From positions 34,432 to 98,431 of IMG/VR virus record IMGVR_UViG_3300033067_002128: a DNA stretch of 64,000 bases, one strand, 5' to 3'. The notes beneath the pieces are model-generated. The model saw only the letters and a program-made list of their open reading frames with translations. It had not been told where the DNA came from and ran no database searches. Both the position numbers and the translations under genes were made by a program. Shown one piece after another: positions 9,901 to 18,400 of the stretch (the first letter of the stretch is position 1; each line of letters begins with the position of its first letter). The stretch is from a virus (taxonomy: Duplodnaviria; Caudoviricetes).

Positions 9901-10133
9901 TTCAAGTAGAAATGAAAATGGTGGAAGAACAAATCAAGGGTTTTGCCGCTGCTTTCGATAAAACAAGTATAACAAAATCTATTGATGCTTTGGATCAGGC
10001 TGTTAAAGATGCTTCAACTGGAGTCACAAGTTTTGCGACAATGACAAAAACGCTAGACAATATTTCTGTCAATATTCTTGGAAGGCTTTCTAAGATTGAG
10101 GAAAAAATAGGTGCGGCAGGGAAGAATCCATGA
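939..10133 (+). CDS. tail tape measure protein with central array of motif-delimited cargo domains
   Basis: N-terminal TP901-like TMP region (AAAEFARQGL...SAKDLADGLTRAGSTA...GGAVIGNALKTIFTRL), hydrophobic segments near aa 405-430 and 2185-2260, long coiled-coil C-terminus, located before tail-tip genes. Confidence 0.9.
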   Translation: MAGQAFNAQMNLTLNSQSLNTATKEIRQALGRITGNASEFQKSLDASTARVFAFGATTLVIQGVNQAFKALIGTTIEVEKRMTEIKTIFSGTAQEFNAFRESVFQVAKDTGQAFSVVADAAAEFARQGLNAEETAKRLEAALVLTNVSGLDSVKSVNTLTAAINGFKSAALTAEQVTNKLVAVDTRFAVSAKDLADGLTRAGSTAEDARVSFDELLGIITAVQQKTQRGGAVIGNALKTIFTRLGRQGAIEDLQALGVAIDESQSGIQKLKALGEAFEAASGDPSKQNKIKEISAGGFQINIISAALKDLNSEQSIFADATKASTNAAQEGYEKNAKIVKTLSGQINALIVSLTNMAEKVGQITFAPILGTLVDIASKVSGFLNEALDPEKGNAFVKGILKSIGSFVSGPGLVLLTTAFIKVISLVAKFAKDGFKSVLSINSESEKLKSIQVGIVNSLNTDKKFREAILSTTLTHAEKQQAIADAINRENKLLREQERILTAIGKFALSRGISGFDTGSGFVDPKGKPKNAAKGFVPSFQASAQETMMETSAAREHGYKAGKVFNTRLYDGTGGSFKATVNSAEKIKTVKGPNGELGTYVIPPNGLAAKGFVPNYAPIKAPYAGAKKIREAEQNGTLESYKKGGTYFFPDGSQAAESQVLTVTRRSENISARDEARTQLRGGSFGMLVPNLGFVRDNPQFIGSIDKTPYVIDNLAIRGPDLSKTDRAADPNDELLKKNIVSKIIDESAKFANSLGGSRLDRKAITTQFSKNSGARGAINGAVGAAFDASVLAAYPSGRYSDSKNKELNKIGGDFDLRNVDNDVKTLFNLPRTVTTADFKASPSSDNIKSFVGKIMKEQRVTATQKGEITRIDNRNKKLQGKASGFVPNFSQKPQKLQEGDDFEKRVFGYLGMKPPAGRRLDFEPTELRRQPPVRKSRIGLQGDYGDVKLSGADTNEHNFLGKLIAHFGLADKIQNLWDSGRRKAPIDLNALEPKINSASLFYEADPSIYQRDTLKASISDVLHSSRPRKGENSKLLEKFNFARAKKGISTSSAVKPQYRGKELQATIFRDGILDPSNLEIDEPFGKGFVPNFGLKNIIESAKFAGNAAKTFGKALPKGTISSAVKGQLDPETIWPQLEAFIMRPEKLITNIASLEKAKTTIRTFLSNDILRDRFAKRVAPLINTDFYNNADALKSRDYSSLEENPEDENYLKYKLLGGTKSIKDSGFSVSGISEKGAFSKLKQGSYYAKDVADAARRAINHDQMGNPNVNGDQYDPRMLDKKGKFYGYSSLLGGFTGRVKQYKGKKFASYNDRWDVDLNAQEKKMLYRHLSGEEISQEEFYNFTGSTNSYEAQSFAPYILRELVSAIPKAQPARFKGVVSLANGFVPNFVRSSRKMGSGEYGSFYKLNDKIGTKRFNKETPRDKIPVETSDIVEEYANASLLANVPVVRGITGPKVVNSLEDAIRARRIRKEIVTWPMAKDAIGLTESSNVGDILEWNLTDNGLMASDLHGNNYAMNQQAVRFFNENDGLPMLGKGSRSGWMGEFARSGSMASIVDAGLMHATSQNLKNYISNIASQASQILGISSTTKKQQSSKIRSTTAKTAANGFIPNFNIFKAFPQKNERMSFVGAAKRGNSKVLDTMQKAGINLKPSRFGQAPDIGKLKKLFQLKDSQQPFNSFFNKAYEVADTKTKTGASEDQMLAEFWNLYGKNPIVQKELSNIKAEGFVPNFADAKKQKTPIKGRNTFQKEWLTEQSKKTGVSLNNPDAVFKLGAKFAKKYPNDQYMMALAEGFVPNFVSKSRMMGFGAQGSFAKLNENVGVKKFDKSLSPQKLQTALEREWLSAQHLWESTQGEMVTGPKVLSSLADSIRRKGIRKEIINDPLARAAVGGEKAREFGIGFLKNLVLQKTGLEIPDLHGSNYTVNDAAKEYLLGDASKKAGAKFNIIDTGLAKAVGYKAQEAYRRLYAQKEQAKKKAASGFIPNFSAVNDAIKREQSAGVPKSAIYLDSSPQLKSSRNPSGLMVANSIDEPKGGYQGIQRAKKEGKNPKMYGAAGGFVPNYAAKIGGISVKSGTASFDLNASAKLNDALQNMAKEMRAGKMTLSTARKNFESLTKTLGVSNQSQKDLNSKGQGLIGAYDLEMKNRKALADSIRQGRAQRGKKTSGPNGFDKTLEMAKGGLDKFNNKLIGAQFGLFAISTAAEGLVGDNKELSEGIQKTTQLLGSALAISQVAPAFLSLLTPIGLVVGAFALAGAAILYFNSQIKKFENEGEVTKGKIRSVRGSQNQRKITELTAAGVDPVEIEAIQKRQTAVEEARNKAEAERSKLEKLQNNRDLAGSGILGNSIITKDLDQKIKNQSPISEAADAAYQALADQFDKDNEAAKKAAEDLKKSFDFAKRLSSDKGFVGERASAALTEFATQDKRFKDAKKAKAEIDGQLKNENIKGEARNALQNKQQQAEEEFNSADTSLKFALNELQAIFKRGGKDLSSELKIAADMFKARMSKLNEEIEKSGEALRKRSEILNITQSINAPEDEKFSKVLPKLLEIQGAKTNAQFAQNEFNKGFSDISKIFDPSILKIDDTPQKNKAQAERDLIAQNRSVSNPEGTLTKDQQGKIDENFKKELDAAQQKALESAKTKLPKIEESIKSGDAQSRLFETFVSGGEKAFDQVFKGSFSFVDLGTEGGKALYDSLLEGAKNFKGAIIEGYTKAKNIQNEINNQIKQTGLELIKAQKEALSSLPSTLEKIKEGPSVDPLALFKKFEEAAKLLKTGKAEDAKKATDILSSTSKDSEAFKGLFGQKSLEGIQERAGLDPSAVAKTVESATFSKTIFDSIENTIKDSLTGGNRLQATKALENVKADPSKINEFIETINRTFTGSLAGKGKQITSSVQMFAPQGPSSQDITRRLAGTSEIKFADKETVEGLKKAIAEFSKNAQDPKAFEGLKKQLESVFGQEKGSKAAEAYKTAANRTREFSPEDDAVKGLTERQKQLQVEMKMVEEQIKGFAAAFDKTSITKSIDALDQAVKDASTGVTSFATMTKTLDNISVNILGRLSKIEEKIGAAGKNP
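2529..7115 (+). repeat. ten dispersed copies of peptide motif xAxGF[VI]PN[FY] within TMP
   Basis: Copies start at 2529 (AAKGFVPSF), 2757 (AAKGFVPNY), 3579 (KASGFVPNF), 4188 (FGKGFVPNF), 5079 (LANGFVPNF), 5748 (AANGFIPNF), 6102 (KAEGFVPNF), 6300 (LAEGFVPNF), 6861 (AASGFIPNF), 7089 (AAGGFVPNY). Confidence 0.95.
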
Positions 10134-11650
10134 GCCTAATCATCAACAAAATCTCCTCCTCTTCCCTTCAGATAAACTATAATTATCTGGAGTCTGATTT
10201 GCTTTTTGGTTATACTGTCGCGGCGACTTACAAAATCGACTTTTCGGATGTCAGTTATACCAACGAGGCAAACGTCCTTTTCGAAGGCGTCGAAGCTCTT
10301 CGCCAAGCCTATCAAAGAAAAAACTTGGTCGCCAGAATTGGCGGCGATGAATTCATCAATGGAAGATTAACCAGTCATTCTTTCGAAGAGTCTGTTTTGG
10401 TGGGGAATTCTTCCTGCTCAATAACCATTGAAGAATCAAAGCGCCTGAATGAATACTCAAGTCACGAATTCGCCCAACATATTCCTAGCCCACAATGGAT
10501 CGAATCTTTCCAAGAAAACTTCTCGTTTTCGAGATCGGGCGACTCTTATTCTTCGTCAAGGAATGTCTCTTTAAAATATAAACAGGACGCTGGCTCCCAA
10601 TTTTTAAACAATGCCAAACTTTTCTTGCGTAATTTTTATTTTAATGCGCGGCCAAATTTGGGTTATCATGTTGATGGGATTTCTGAAAACGGAAGATTTG
10701 ACGGAGGATTCAGACCATTAATTTCAGAGACGATTGACCTTTTGGGGCTTTCTGTTTCAATTCAGGAAAATCTCGAAACTTCATCCATCAGCGGCGATCA
10801 CTCAAAGCGCCAAACTTACTCTCTTGAAATCGGCCAAGATGGCTATTTGCAAAAGAAATATACCGTCGAAATTAAAGCCATCAAGGAGCCTCTGGAACAA
10901 GTTGCCAACGCGGCCTGTAAGACAATCACAGATGCCCTTATAGCGTCAAATTCGGCCCAATTTGGCAACCCTATAGAAATCGGGAAGGGTCTTAATAAAG
11001 ACGGAGGAGAAATCAGTCTCTCAATGTCTTTTTCGAACAACCCAAGCCTCAATTCCGCAACAACAACCACCTATTCTGTCACAAAAAATAGAAGACAGGC
11101 GTTTTTTGATTATTCTTTAAATATCGACATTCTTTCTGAGGGGACAAACCAAATACAAAAAGCAGACAACTCAAAAGCATACTGGATTTCTGTTGTTCCG
11201 ACATACCCCACAAAAATACAAACCCTGTTCCCAGAAGCGACCCCTCTTTACGAAAAAGAACATTCGACAAACTTTGAGTATAAAGATGGGAAAATTGTTG
11301 ACAGCGCGACATTTACAGATGATCCCGCCTACAATCCAAGTGGGCTTCCAGACGGCATAATCAAATTAAAATTCTCAAACAGCCAAAACCCAAAGCTTGA
11401 CAGAATTCGCACTTTTATTGACTTGGGCGATAAAAAAGAGAAAATCGAATTAAGCGACCTATTGACCATAGGTAATGGCTCTTTTTCAATGGAGGCTACG
11501 GCTTACAAGTCGAAAGGAATGAATTTCGCCGCAGACTATTTGAAATCTGTGACTTTTTCAATAGGGGAAACCCTATATGTAAACGGTGAAACCATAACAA
11601 TTAGCTCCGAGGGGTCGGCAAGCCGTGTAATAAGCTACGAGTTTATTTAA
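10130..11650 (+). CDS. putative tail tip/baseplate structural protein
   Basis: 506 aa, beta-rich S/T/Y composition, ATGA-coupled to TMP. Confidence 0.5.
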   Translation: MSLIINKISSSSLQINYNYLESDLLFGYTVAATYKIDFSDVSYTNEANVLFEGVEALRQAYQRKNLVARIGGDEFINGRLTSHSFEESVLVGNSSCSITIEESKRLNEYSSHEFAQHIPSPQWIESFQENFSFSRSGDSYSSSRNVSLKYKQDAGSQFLNNAKLFLRNFYFNARPNLGYHVDGISENGRFDGGFRPLISETIDLLGLSVSIQENLETSSISGDHSKRQTYSLEIGQDGYLQKKYTVEIKAIKEPLEQVANAACKTITDALIASNSAQFGNPIEIGKGLNKDGGEISLSMSFSNNPSLNSATTTTYSVTKNRRQAFFDYSLNIDILSEGTNQIQKADNSKAYWISVVPTYPTKIQTLFPEATPLYEKEHSTNFEYKDGKIVDSATFTDDPAYNPSGLPDGIIKLKFSNSQNPKLDRIRTFIDLGDKKEKIELSDLLTIGNGSFSMEATAYKSKGMNFAADYLKSVTFSIGETLYVNGETITISSEGSASRVISYEFI

Positions 11651-11651
11651 C

Positions 11652-13208
11652 ATGGCTGTCTCCTACGGTTCCTTTAATTTTCCAAGTCCTTTACCTATTG
11701 CCGCATGGGGTGACGAGCCTATTTATGTCGCTGGGGAATTGGATGGGGCTTTGACAAGAATTACTCTGGTTGGAGCAATCACTGGTTCAAATTTGTCGGG
11801 TTTGTCTGTCGCCAAGAAGCAAATGATTAGCGGTCTTTTGAGCGAATATCAGACTTTAGCCATAGAAGGGGAGTCGTTTACTTATTGCAAACCAACATCC
11901 CTAAATTTTTCAGAATCAGACCTTACGACCATTCTTCCTTATTCTATCGAGTTTGAAAGATATGACAAAAAATCATTTTCTCAATATTATGGCGTTTTAA
12001 ATCCGACAAATGTTTGGACTTATTCGGAACAACAAGGACGAGTTGTGCAGGCGAGTCATTCCGTTTCCGCGCAAGGCGTGAAAACTGGTTCTGCCGATCC
12101 TTTGGCAACGGCTAGGACTTTTGTTAATTCGAAATTAACTGGTTTCCAAAATCTAAGCATAATCAATCCAAGCGGGACCGCTTTTCTGACTTCGAAAACA
12201 GAAGAGGTTGATCGGTTTCAGAATATTTATTCTGTTACTGAGAACTATTCCTTTTCAACCAGTCGCGAGCCAATAACCAATAGCGGTATTGTAAGCGCAA
12301 ACGCGCAAATTAACTACGTCAAGGGTGGCGAATCTTCCGTTGCGGTTAATGGTTCTATTTTCGGCAACATTACTGGCGCTCAAGTCACAACAGGAATGTT
12401 CACGCCGACCAATGCCCAAAATTTTGCCTTGAATGCAATAGAACGCTCCAAGTCTCAATACGAAAGCGGAATTTATGGGGTTTTGGCCAAGGGTCCGACT
12501 TCTTATAATTATGACATTAATACAGGAGAGAATAAAATAGACTTTTCTTTTCAATTTAAAGACCCGTTTAATGTAAGAACTGGCGATGTTCTTAACGAAT
12601 ACACCGTTGCAGTCAGCGCGACGAAAGACAACAATACGCTCACCGCAGCAATCAATGGCACGCTGTCTTACGACTCTTCTTTTGATATATTTTCGGGAGG
12701 GGCGATTGAGATTTCTCCAAGATATTTGAAAATTTTGGCGGAATTCAATAGCTTGAATTTTTACGCTCTGGCACAAGAAAAGTATTCTGAATTCATTGAT
12801 GTCGTATCAGGATACGAAACTTCAAAATATCTTAATCCAATCCCACTAAGCGAAAGCGTAACTAAAAATCCATATACCCCAAACATCACATATTCTTATT
12901 CCTACGACAATAGGGTTGATATTTCCTCTGGTCAATTGAAAAATCTTTCAATTCAAATTACTGACACACTGCCAATATCAAAAACACAAATCCAAGAATC
13001 CAATAACGGATTCGCAACACAGCAAACCGTTTCCAGAACGCTTGGCAAGTTGCAGGTTTCGGCCTCTTGCGAAGAGACTGGAGCAAAACTGCCACTCTTG
13101 AAACAAGTCTCATCTGGTTATCTTTTCGGGAAAAACTGTCAGATTTTTGAAGAAAACTGGAATACGGGCGATTCAACAACAAGCTATCAAATAGGTTCTT
13201 ATTATTAA
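11652..13208 (+). CDS. putative tail tip/baseplate structural protein
   Basis: 518 aa beta-rich, similar alternating pattern to the preceding gene (YSVTENYSFS), GTGTAA at 11625. Confidence 0.5.
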   Translation: MAVSYGSFNFPSPLPIAAWGDEPIYVAGELDGALTRITLVGAITGSNLSGLSVAKKQMISGLLSEYQTLAIEGESFTYCKPTSLNFSESDLTTILPYSIEFERYDKKSFSQYYGVLNPTNVWTYSEQQGRVVQASHSVSAQGVKTGSADPLATARTFVNSKLTGFQNLSIINPSGTAFLTSKTEEVDRFQNIYSVTENYSFSTSREPITNSGIVSANAQINYVKGGESSVAVNGSIFGNITGAQVTTGMFTPTNAQNFALNAIERSKSQYESGIYGVLAKGPTSYNYDINTGENKIDFSFQFKDPFNVRTGDVLNEYTVAVSATKDNNTLTAAINGTLSYDSSFDIFSGGAIEISPRYLKILAEFNSLNFYALAQEKYSEFIDVVSGYETSKYLNPIPLSESVTKNPYTPNITYSYSYDNRVDISSGQLKNLSIQITDTLPISKTQIQESNNGFATQQTVSRTLGKLQVSASCEETGAKLPLLKQVSSGYLFGKNCQIFEENWNTGDSTTSYQIGSYY

Positions 13209-14545
13209 TGAGTGCGGCGGCATTAGATTATCAAATTAACACATACCTTGGTTCGAATGAGCCTTTGTTGGTTTATTATGATTTTAACAATTCTTCTGTT
13301 TTCACCGCTCAAAGCGGTTCTACACATCAGGCATATTTGAGAAATGTTTATCCGAGCCCCAATACAGGCGCATATTATGGGAAAATAGTCGGGGCAACTG
13401 GAGCAAGCTCAGGCGCAGCCATGACGCTTGCAACTGGTGCTGGCGGCTTCCTGACAAGCGGCGAAGGAGACTTCAGGAAAAACAGTGTGGAGATTTCAGG
13501 CTCTTCTTCAATACCCATCAACTATTGCTCCTATCTTTTTTCAATAGAGCCAGACCTATCAAAAGATGGGGTTATTTTTGGTTCGTTTGAAAAAGTCGTC
13601 GAAACCGCTGGGAGTCAACAAATTGTCTCTTCAAAAGGATTCAACTTGGGGACAACGGCTCGCGGGCAGATATTCTTGCAGTCTTTGTCAAGAGATGGAG
13701 AATATTGCTTTGTCACGAACAATTTCGAGCTGGCTCCAAAAAATGTAATAGGAGTTAATTTCAGCGAAAGTCAGGCAAGAATTTTCAGGTTCGATTACTT
13801 AAACGACAAGATATATACGAACGAATTCTCACTTGATACAACCCACATTCAAAACAACAATTTATATCTCGGAAGCTCTGTTGATTTTTATAGGAATTCT
13901 GGACAGAAATTGTATAGTGGTAAAATGGATGAATTTCTGTTGTTTAACGGGCAGGTCCCTCAGAGCGTTTTGTTTGAAATAGGCAAGGGGTTGGTTTCAG
14001 AATATTATTATTCAAGTGGTGCGGTGACAAGCGGACAGGTGGTTTCTGGATACAACACCAGCTTTATTTATAAAACTGGAGTTACTGGAGCTTATGCGAA
14101 CATAACTGGATACACCTCTGTTAGAAGTGGTGTTGAGGCATTTACTCAAAGTATTCTGTTCACAGGAAACGTTCAGGTAAAAGAAGGCGACAGATTCTAC
14201 AAAAACTATACTTCTTATCTTGAAGAGCAGGGCTTCTTAAGCGGAATCAATGCAGACAAATATTCTCCAACTGGAGATGCTGCATTCGCAACGCTCGGGT
14301 TACAGGCTGGCAACACATCCTCTTCTGGTTATTCTCTTTCTCAGTCGTTTTCACAATCCAATATAAACATTCCTCTTTACCAGATGGTTTATTTGACTGG
14401 AATAACAGATCAGATTTCTGGGATCGTGAATACTCCGATTTATAATACAATATATTCAACTGGAGCCGCCGTTTCTGGAGTTACAATTTCTGGAAACATC
14501 GACAAGCTTCAGAAAAACTATATTTACTACATGGGCAACCGATGA
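13208..14545 (+). CDS. LamG/concanavalin A-like domain virion protein, S/T-G rich
   Basis: LLVYYDFN at N-terminus and NLYLGSS...YSGKMDEFLLFN, typical LamG-like jellyroll motifs. Confidence 0.65.
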   Translation: MSAAALDYQINTYLGSNEPLLVYYDFNNSSVFTAQSGSTHQAYLRNVYPSPNTGAYYGKIVGATGASSGAAMTLATGAGGFLTSGEGDFRKNSVEISGSSSIPINYCSYLFSIEPDLSKDGVIFGSFEKVVETAGSQQIVSSKGFNLGTTARGQIFLQSLSRDGEYCFVTNNFELAPKNVIGVNFSESQARIFRFDYLNDKIYTNEFSLDTTHIQNNNLYLGSSVDFYRNSGQKLYSGKMDEFLLFNGQVPQSVLFEIGKGLVSEYYYSSGAVTSGQVVSGYNTSFIYKTGVTGAYANITGYTSVRSGVEAFTQSILFTGNVQVKEGDRFYKNYTSYLEEQGFLSGINADKYSPTGDAAFATLGLQAGNTSSSGYSLSQSFSQSNINIPLYQMVYLTGITDQISGIVNTPIYNTIYSTGAAVSGVTISGNIDKLQKNYIYYMGNR

Positions 14546-15330
14546 AGGTTTACGATTATTCATTCAAGACAGGCGCGACAATTGGCGATCTTTATTCTCC
14601 AAAGGACGATACGTGCTTTCAAGACTGGTATCAATTTACTCTTGGGTTGGTTATTACTTCGCCAGATGTAAGTGGGATCAATTCCACAAGACTGTCTTGC
14701 AACGGCCAAACACTAGCAGAACAAAACGGAACGTTAGTGAATGTTGGATTTGATCCTGTTTATTTGAACAGCGGAGATTATTATTTCAGGTCGGGAGAGA
14801 ATTATAATTTTGGTTTGTTTAATGAGAATTTTCAGGAGGCGGATTTGGCGGATTCGGCTTATTTCTATAATCTGAAAGACGATTTAAGAGAAATCCCGAT
14901 GGGGACTGGCGCGGACAGGACCGCCAGACAAACAAATTTAAGAACTGGAATTTTAACCAAGTTCCCAGAAAAATACAATAATACGGGCTTGAATTCTTTC
15001 GATTATTTTGCCAACGGACAAAAATTATATTCTGGTGTCTCTGGAGTAGGTGGATACAGGATAATAGGAAGCCTTTTTCTCTATTATGAAGATTTTTCTG
15101 GAAAGATTTTCGCAATTCCTAAAAATTCTGGATTGGGAAACATAACGGGAGAGAATGCCGACATCTATGGCCAAAACTACGTGGAATCAACAGTTTTTGG
15201 ATACATTAATGGCGCGTCTCTTCATAAAAATAACTGGCTTGAGCTTTCTACTGGTGTAACCTTAATCAAGACGGGTGTTCAAGCTTCTATTTTTGAACCA
15301 GTCCAAAAAACAGAAATCATAGAGCTTTGA
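14542..15330 (+). CDS. hypothetical virion protein, S/T-G rich
   Basis: 262 aa ORF translationally coupled within tail operon. Confidence 0.5.
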   Translation: MKVYDYSFKTGATIGDLYSPKDDTCFQDWYQFTLGLVITSPDVSGINSTRLSCNGQTLAEQNGTLVNVGFDPVYLNSGDYYFRSGENYNFGLFNENFQEADLADSAYFYNLKDDLREIPMGTGADRTARQTNLRTGILTKFPEKYNNTGLNSFDYFANGQKLYSGVSGVGGYRIIGSLFLYYEDFSGKIFAIPKNSGLGNITGENADIYGQNYVESTVFGYINGASLHKNNWLELSTGVTLIKTGVQASIFEPVQKTEIIEL

Positions 15331-17630
15331 GTTTAAAAAATTTAGATATTTCTTATGGATTTGGAGGAGAGCCTTCAACGGCATCTGTTTCTTTTGTTTA
15401 TAAGAAAAAAGAATGTGGGGAAACTTCCGCGATCCCAAAAATTAGCACATTTGGAGAAAGTTTGCTGTCTGGAAATACTCAGATAGATGGTCTGTTGCGA
15501 AATTTTGTGGTTACAACCAGAAAAGACTCAAAGGAGGCTGGATTTCGAACAATCAGCTATGAATTGGTTGATAGAGAAGCAAAAAGATTGGAGTCGATAG
15601 CTGTTTTGGTAAGGGGAATTACGGCCCCACCAATAGGGAATAGTCTTGATGATTTTAGGAGATTTTTTAATGCTGCTGAATTTGGGATAGGAATTGGACA
15701 GATGGGGGACAGTCTTCCGTCATTTAATGGAAAAATAGCTGTTATAGGTCAAACATTTTCAGTTGTTTCGGCATCTGTTGGAGACGAATCTGCCACAGTT
15801 TATTATACTGGAGGTAAATTATCCCACCAAACTCCCAGAGTATTAACTCCAGACCTTATCGACGCGATTAATGAAAACGCTAAAAACTGTTCTCTACAAT
15901 ATGGGTATTATTTGTCTGATTTTGAAAAACTGTTGCGTATGTGCGGGTATGAGGTAAACAACTTTCCAAAAGAAAACAATTTAATGCTTTTGGATTTCGG
16001 CGGCTCTTTGAAAGATTGTGTCGGTTCTGTGGCCTCAATGTTTGGAATGTATTGGATAGTAAGGGGCAATGTTATAACTTTTTATACTTCTGCGGAAATT
16101 AGTTCTTTTGCCGTTCCAAATTTCAATAATGATACAAACCCAAACATTCTTTCTTGCAGCTTTTCGGAAGACGTATTGGGGAGGGCTTCTGTTGGGGTAA
16201 TTGTCGGCAACGGAGACTCTGAATTTGATTCTAAGAATTTTGAGTTCGATGGGAAGCAGATTTCTTTAACGTTTAATTATTTGGATTTTGCAGACGCCCT
16301 CAAGACTTCTGTTGCGTGGATTCAAAACTTTTTATCATTTTTTAAATTTGCAGGCAATGGAGAGCAGTTTAATAAACTTTTCCTATCCGAAGCATTGAGA
16401 ACCGACCAAAAAAAAGAAGGCAGGATGGTCGAGCAACCATTATTTAAAAAATATTATCCAAAAGGCAAAATAAAAGAAAGCCCAGATGGAGGCTATCAAT
16501 CAAAAGGCTTGTATGAAATCGAAGACGACATCGACAATAGGTTGGACCTTGAGAAAAACAATCCGTTTCTTCAAAAATACCTTGATCTTTACTTGTTAAA
16601 AGACGAATCTGGAGAAGAGTTCCTTTTGCCAACAGAAACTCCAATTTATGATATTGTGAAAAACGCTTGCGAGGGATTTGCTTCTATTTATATATCTGAC
16701 CCTTTTTCCAAAAGTAGAAAAAAAAGATATGCGGTTACTCCAAAGGATGGTATGACTGTTTCGAATGCGTATTTGGGGTCAACTAATATAAGCGAAATTC
16801 CAGAGCTTGCTTCTGTATATGGTATATTGGCCGCTTTGACAACAGAAAAAGAGGTAAAAAAAACCATTGCGGACCTTTATGAAGACACACAAGCGAAAAA
16901 AAACAATGAAGCGGAAACAATCCTTGATCTTGAAGAAAGTTATTTTTGCGTAGGAATAGTTGATTATATGCAATATTTGGAATCTTTAGAAATTTGGGGT
17001 AAATGTCAAGAATCCGTCCTTGATTCAACCTCAAATTCTTCTGGACAAGTAGTGAAACTTGGTGCTGGAAATTCTCCATATTTTGCAACAAGCAAAGAAG
17101 AATCCGAAAAATTAAAAAATGTTTTAAACCAGTCAAAGGTTTTATATGAGGAGGTGTTGAAAGACGTTAAAAAAGAAATAAAAACAAAAGCCACAGAAAT
17201 ACAAGACGAGGATCAAACTACGGTAGAGGATGAGGATTTGTCCATTTACTCGTCTTTTTATAAATCTTTCAAGACCAGACTTCCGAACGTGTTTGATCTT
17301 TCAACAATTTCTGTTTTAAAATTTGAAGGAAATTTGGGAGAGGCCGAACACTTGGCGTCTAATTTCTCCAATTTGGTCGGGCCAGCGTTCAACCTCAAAA
17401 CGTCCAGCGTTTCTTATTCTGGGCTTGTTATTCCAGACGATACTCCAGTATTGACAGATTCTTCTTTTTCTTTTTCTGGAGGAAGTATTGAAACCTCCTT
17501 ATCTTATTCCAATAAGGAATTTATGGCCGAATCCGAGTCCGTAATCTTGTCGAGTTATTCCGCAAACACTTCCAACAATGTAAGGCGCAGTCTAAACACA
17601 AGACAGCGAGGATTCCTTGGTATTCATTAA
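15327..17630 (+). CDS. putative baseplate hub/tail-associated protein
   Basis: 767 aa; N-terminal ISYGFGGEPSTASVSFV and SLKDCVGSVASMFGMYWIV resemble hub-type proteins; last gene of tail operon. Confidence 0.45.
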   Translation: MSLKNLDISYGFGGEPSTASVSFVYKKKECGETSAIPKISTFGESLLSGNTQIDGLLRNFVVTTRKDSKEAGFRTISYELVDREAKRLESIAVLVRGITAPPIGNSLDDFRRFFNAAEFGIGIGQMGDSLPSFNGKIAVIGQTFSVVSASVGDESATVYYTGGKLSHQTPRVLTPDLIDAINENAKNCSLQYGYYLSDFEKLLRMCGYEVNNFPKENNLMLLDFGGSLKDCVGSVASMFGMYWIVRGNVITFYTSAEISSFAVPNFNNDTNPNILSCSFSEDVLGRASVGVIVGNGDSEFDSKNFEFDGKQISLTFNYLDFADALKTSVAWIQNFLSFFKFAGNGEQFNKLFLSEALRTDQKKEGRMVEQPLFKKYYPKGKIKESPDGGYQSKGLYEIEDDIDNRLDLEKNNPFLQKYLDLYLLKDESGEEFLLPTETPIYDIVKNACEGFASIYISDPFSKSRKKRYAVTPKDGMTVSNAYLGSTNISEIPELASVYGILAALTTEKEVKKTIADLYEDTQAKKNNEAETILDLEESYFCVGIVDYMQYLESLEIWGKCQESVLDSTSNSSGQVVKLGAGNSPYFATSKEESEKLKNVLNQSKVLYEEVLKDVKKEIKTKATEIQDEDQTTVEDEDLSIYSSFYKSFKTRLPNVFDLSTISVLKFEGNLGEAEHLASNFSNLVGPAFNLKTSSVSYSGLVIPDDTPVLTDSSFSFSGGSIETSLSYSNKEFMAESESVILSSYSANTSNNVRRSLNTRQRGFLGIH

Positions 17631-18400
17631 AGACCGTTCAAAAGAGGCAAAAGCTTTCTGCATTCTTTGGCTGGAATATTTGAATATTGCGTCCAGTTTT
17701 TGGCATCTTCGTTTTTATAGGAGCCGTTTTTCCACTGTTCGCGAAGCCAAGCGATGAAAGCCTCGAAAGAAGCCATTCCCTTTTCAGTGGCCAGTTTTTC
17801 AAGAGTTCCTTGTGGCTTGAGAACAGAAAGATCGGAAGTGTTTTCAGATGAGTCTATCGACAAGGACTTTCCAGATTTGTCAATTTCATCATCACCAACG
17901 ATATTGATATTTAAAAAGTTGCGCACGCAACGGACAAATGCCCTATTACAGGCAATGGTTTCGAGAAACTTGTGGCAGAATCTATCGGTATTTTCTACGG
18001 ATGCGTTTGCGAAATCCTCAAAAAACACTGGTTCCATATTGGTAATATAATTTGGAATCCAATTAATTCTACAGCTTGCGACCACATACTCTCTGTCACC
18101 GCTCAAACTATAAGAAACAGACGAATATCCCCTCAGTTTGGCGACATCCTTGATGCCTCCAAGTAGAATTAAAAGTTGCTTGTCTGTCAGGCCTTCGGTT
18201 GACTTTGGGATTTCTTGTCTTCGCATTTCAAACCATTCCTTATTCACATAAAGAAATTCTGGCTTAATCATGGCTCTCCAGTTGATTGAGCCGTCTTCAT
18301 TGAAGACATATTCTACACTTTTCAAAAGACCAAAATGATCCCTCGAATATTTTTCAACAGCTTCTAGTCTTAAATTTACAACTTCAATTTCTTCACTCAT
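17627..18400 (-). CDS. putative single-strand annealing protein (Rad52/RecT/Sak-like)
   Basis: LGGIKDVAKLRG and ETIACNRAFVRCVRNFLNI...DEI resemble the SSAP MAxKRAxxRAxR...DE motif; start set at MSEEIE (18400). Confidence 0.45.
   Translation of the reverse strand: MSEEIEVVNLRLEAVEKYSRDHFGLLKSVEYVFNEDGSINWRAMIKPEFLYVNKEWFEMRRQEIPKSTEGLTDKQLLILLGGIKDVAKLRGYSSVSYSLSGDREYVVASCRINWIPNYITNMEPVFFEDFANASVENTDRFCHKFLETIACNRAFVRCVRNFLNINIVGDDEIDKSGKSLSIDSSENTSDLSVLKPQGTLEKLATEKGMASFEAFIAWLREQWKNGSYKNEDAKNWTQYSNIPAKECRKLLPLLNGL

Noticed and set aside
16104-16127. SFAVPNFN in the 767-aa tail protein as a motif copy
   Set aside because: Single partial match without GF; plausible by chance.
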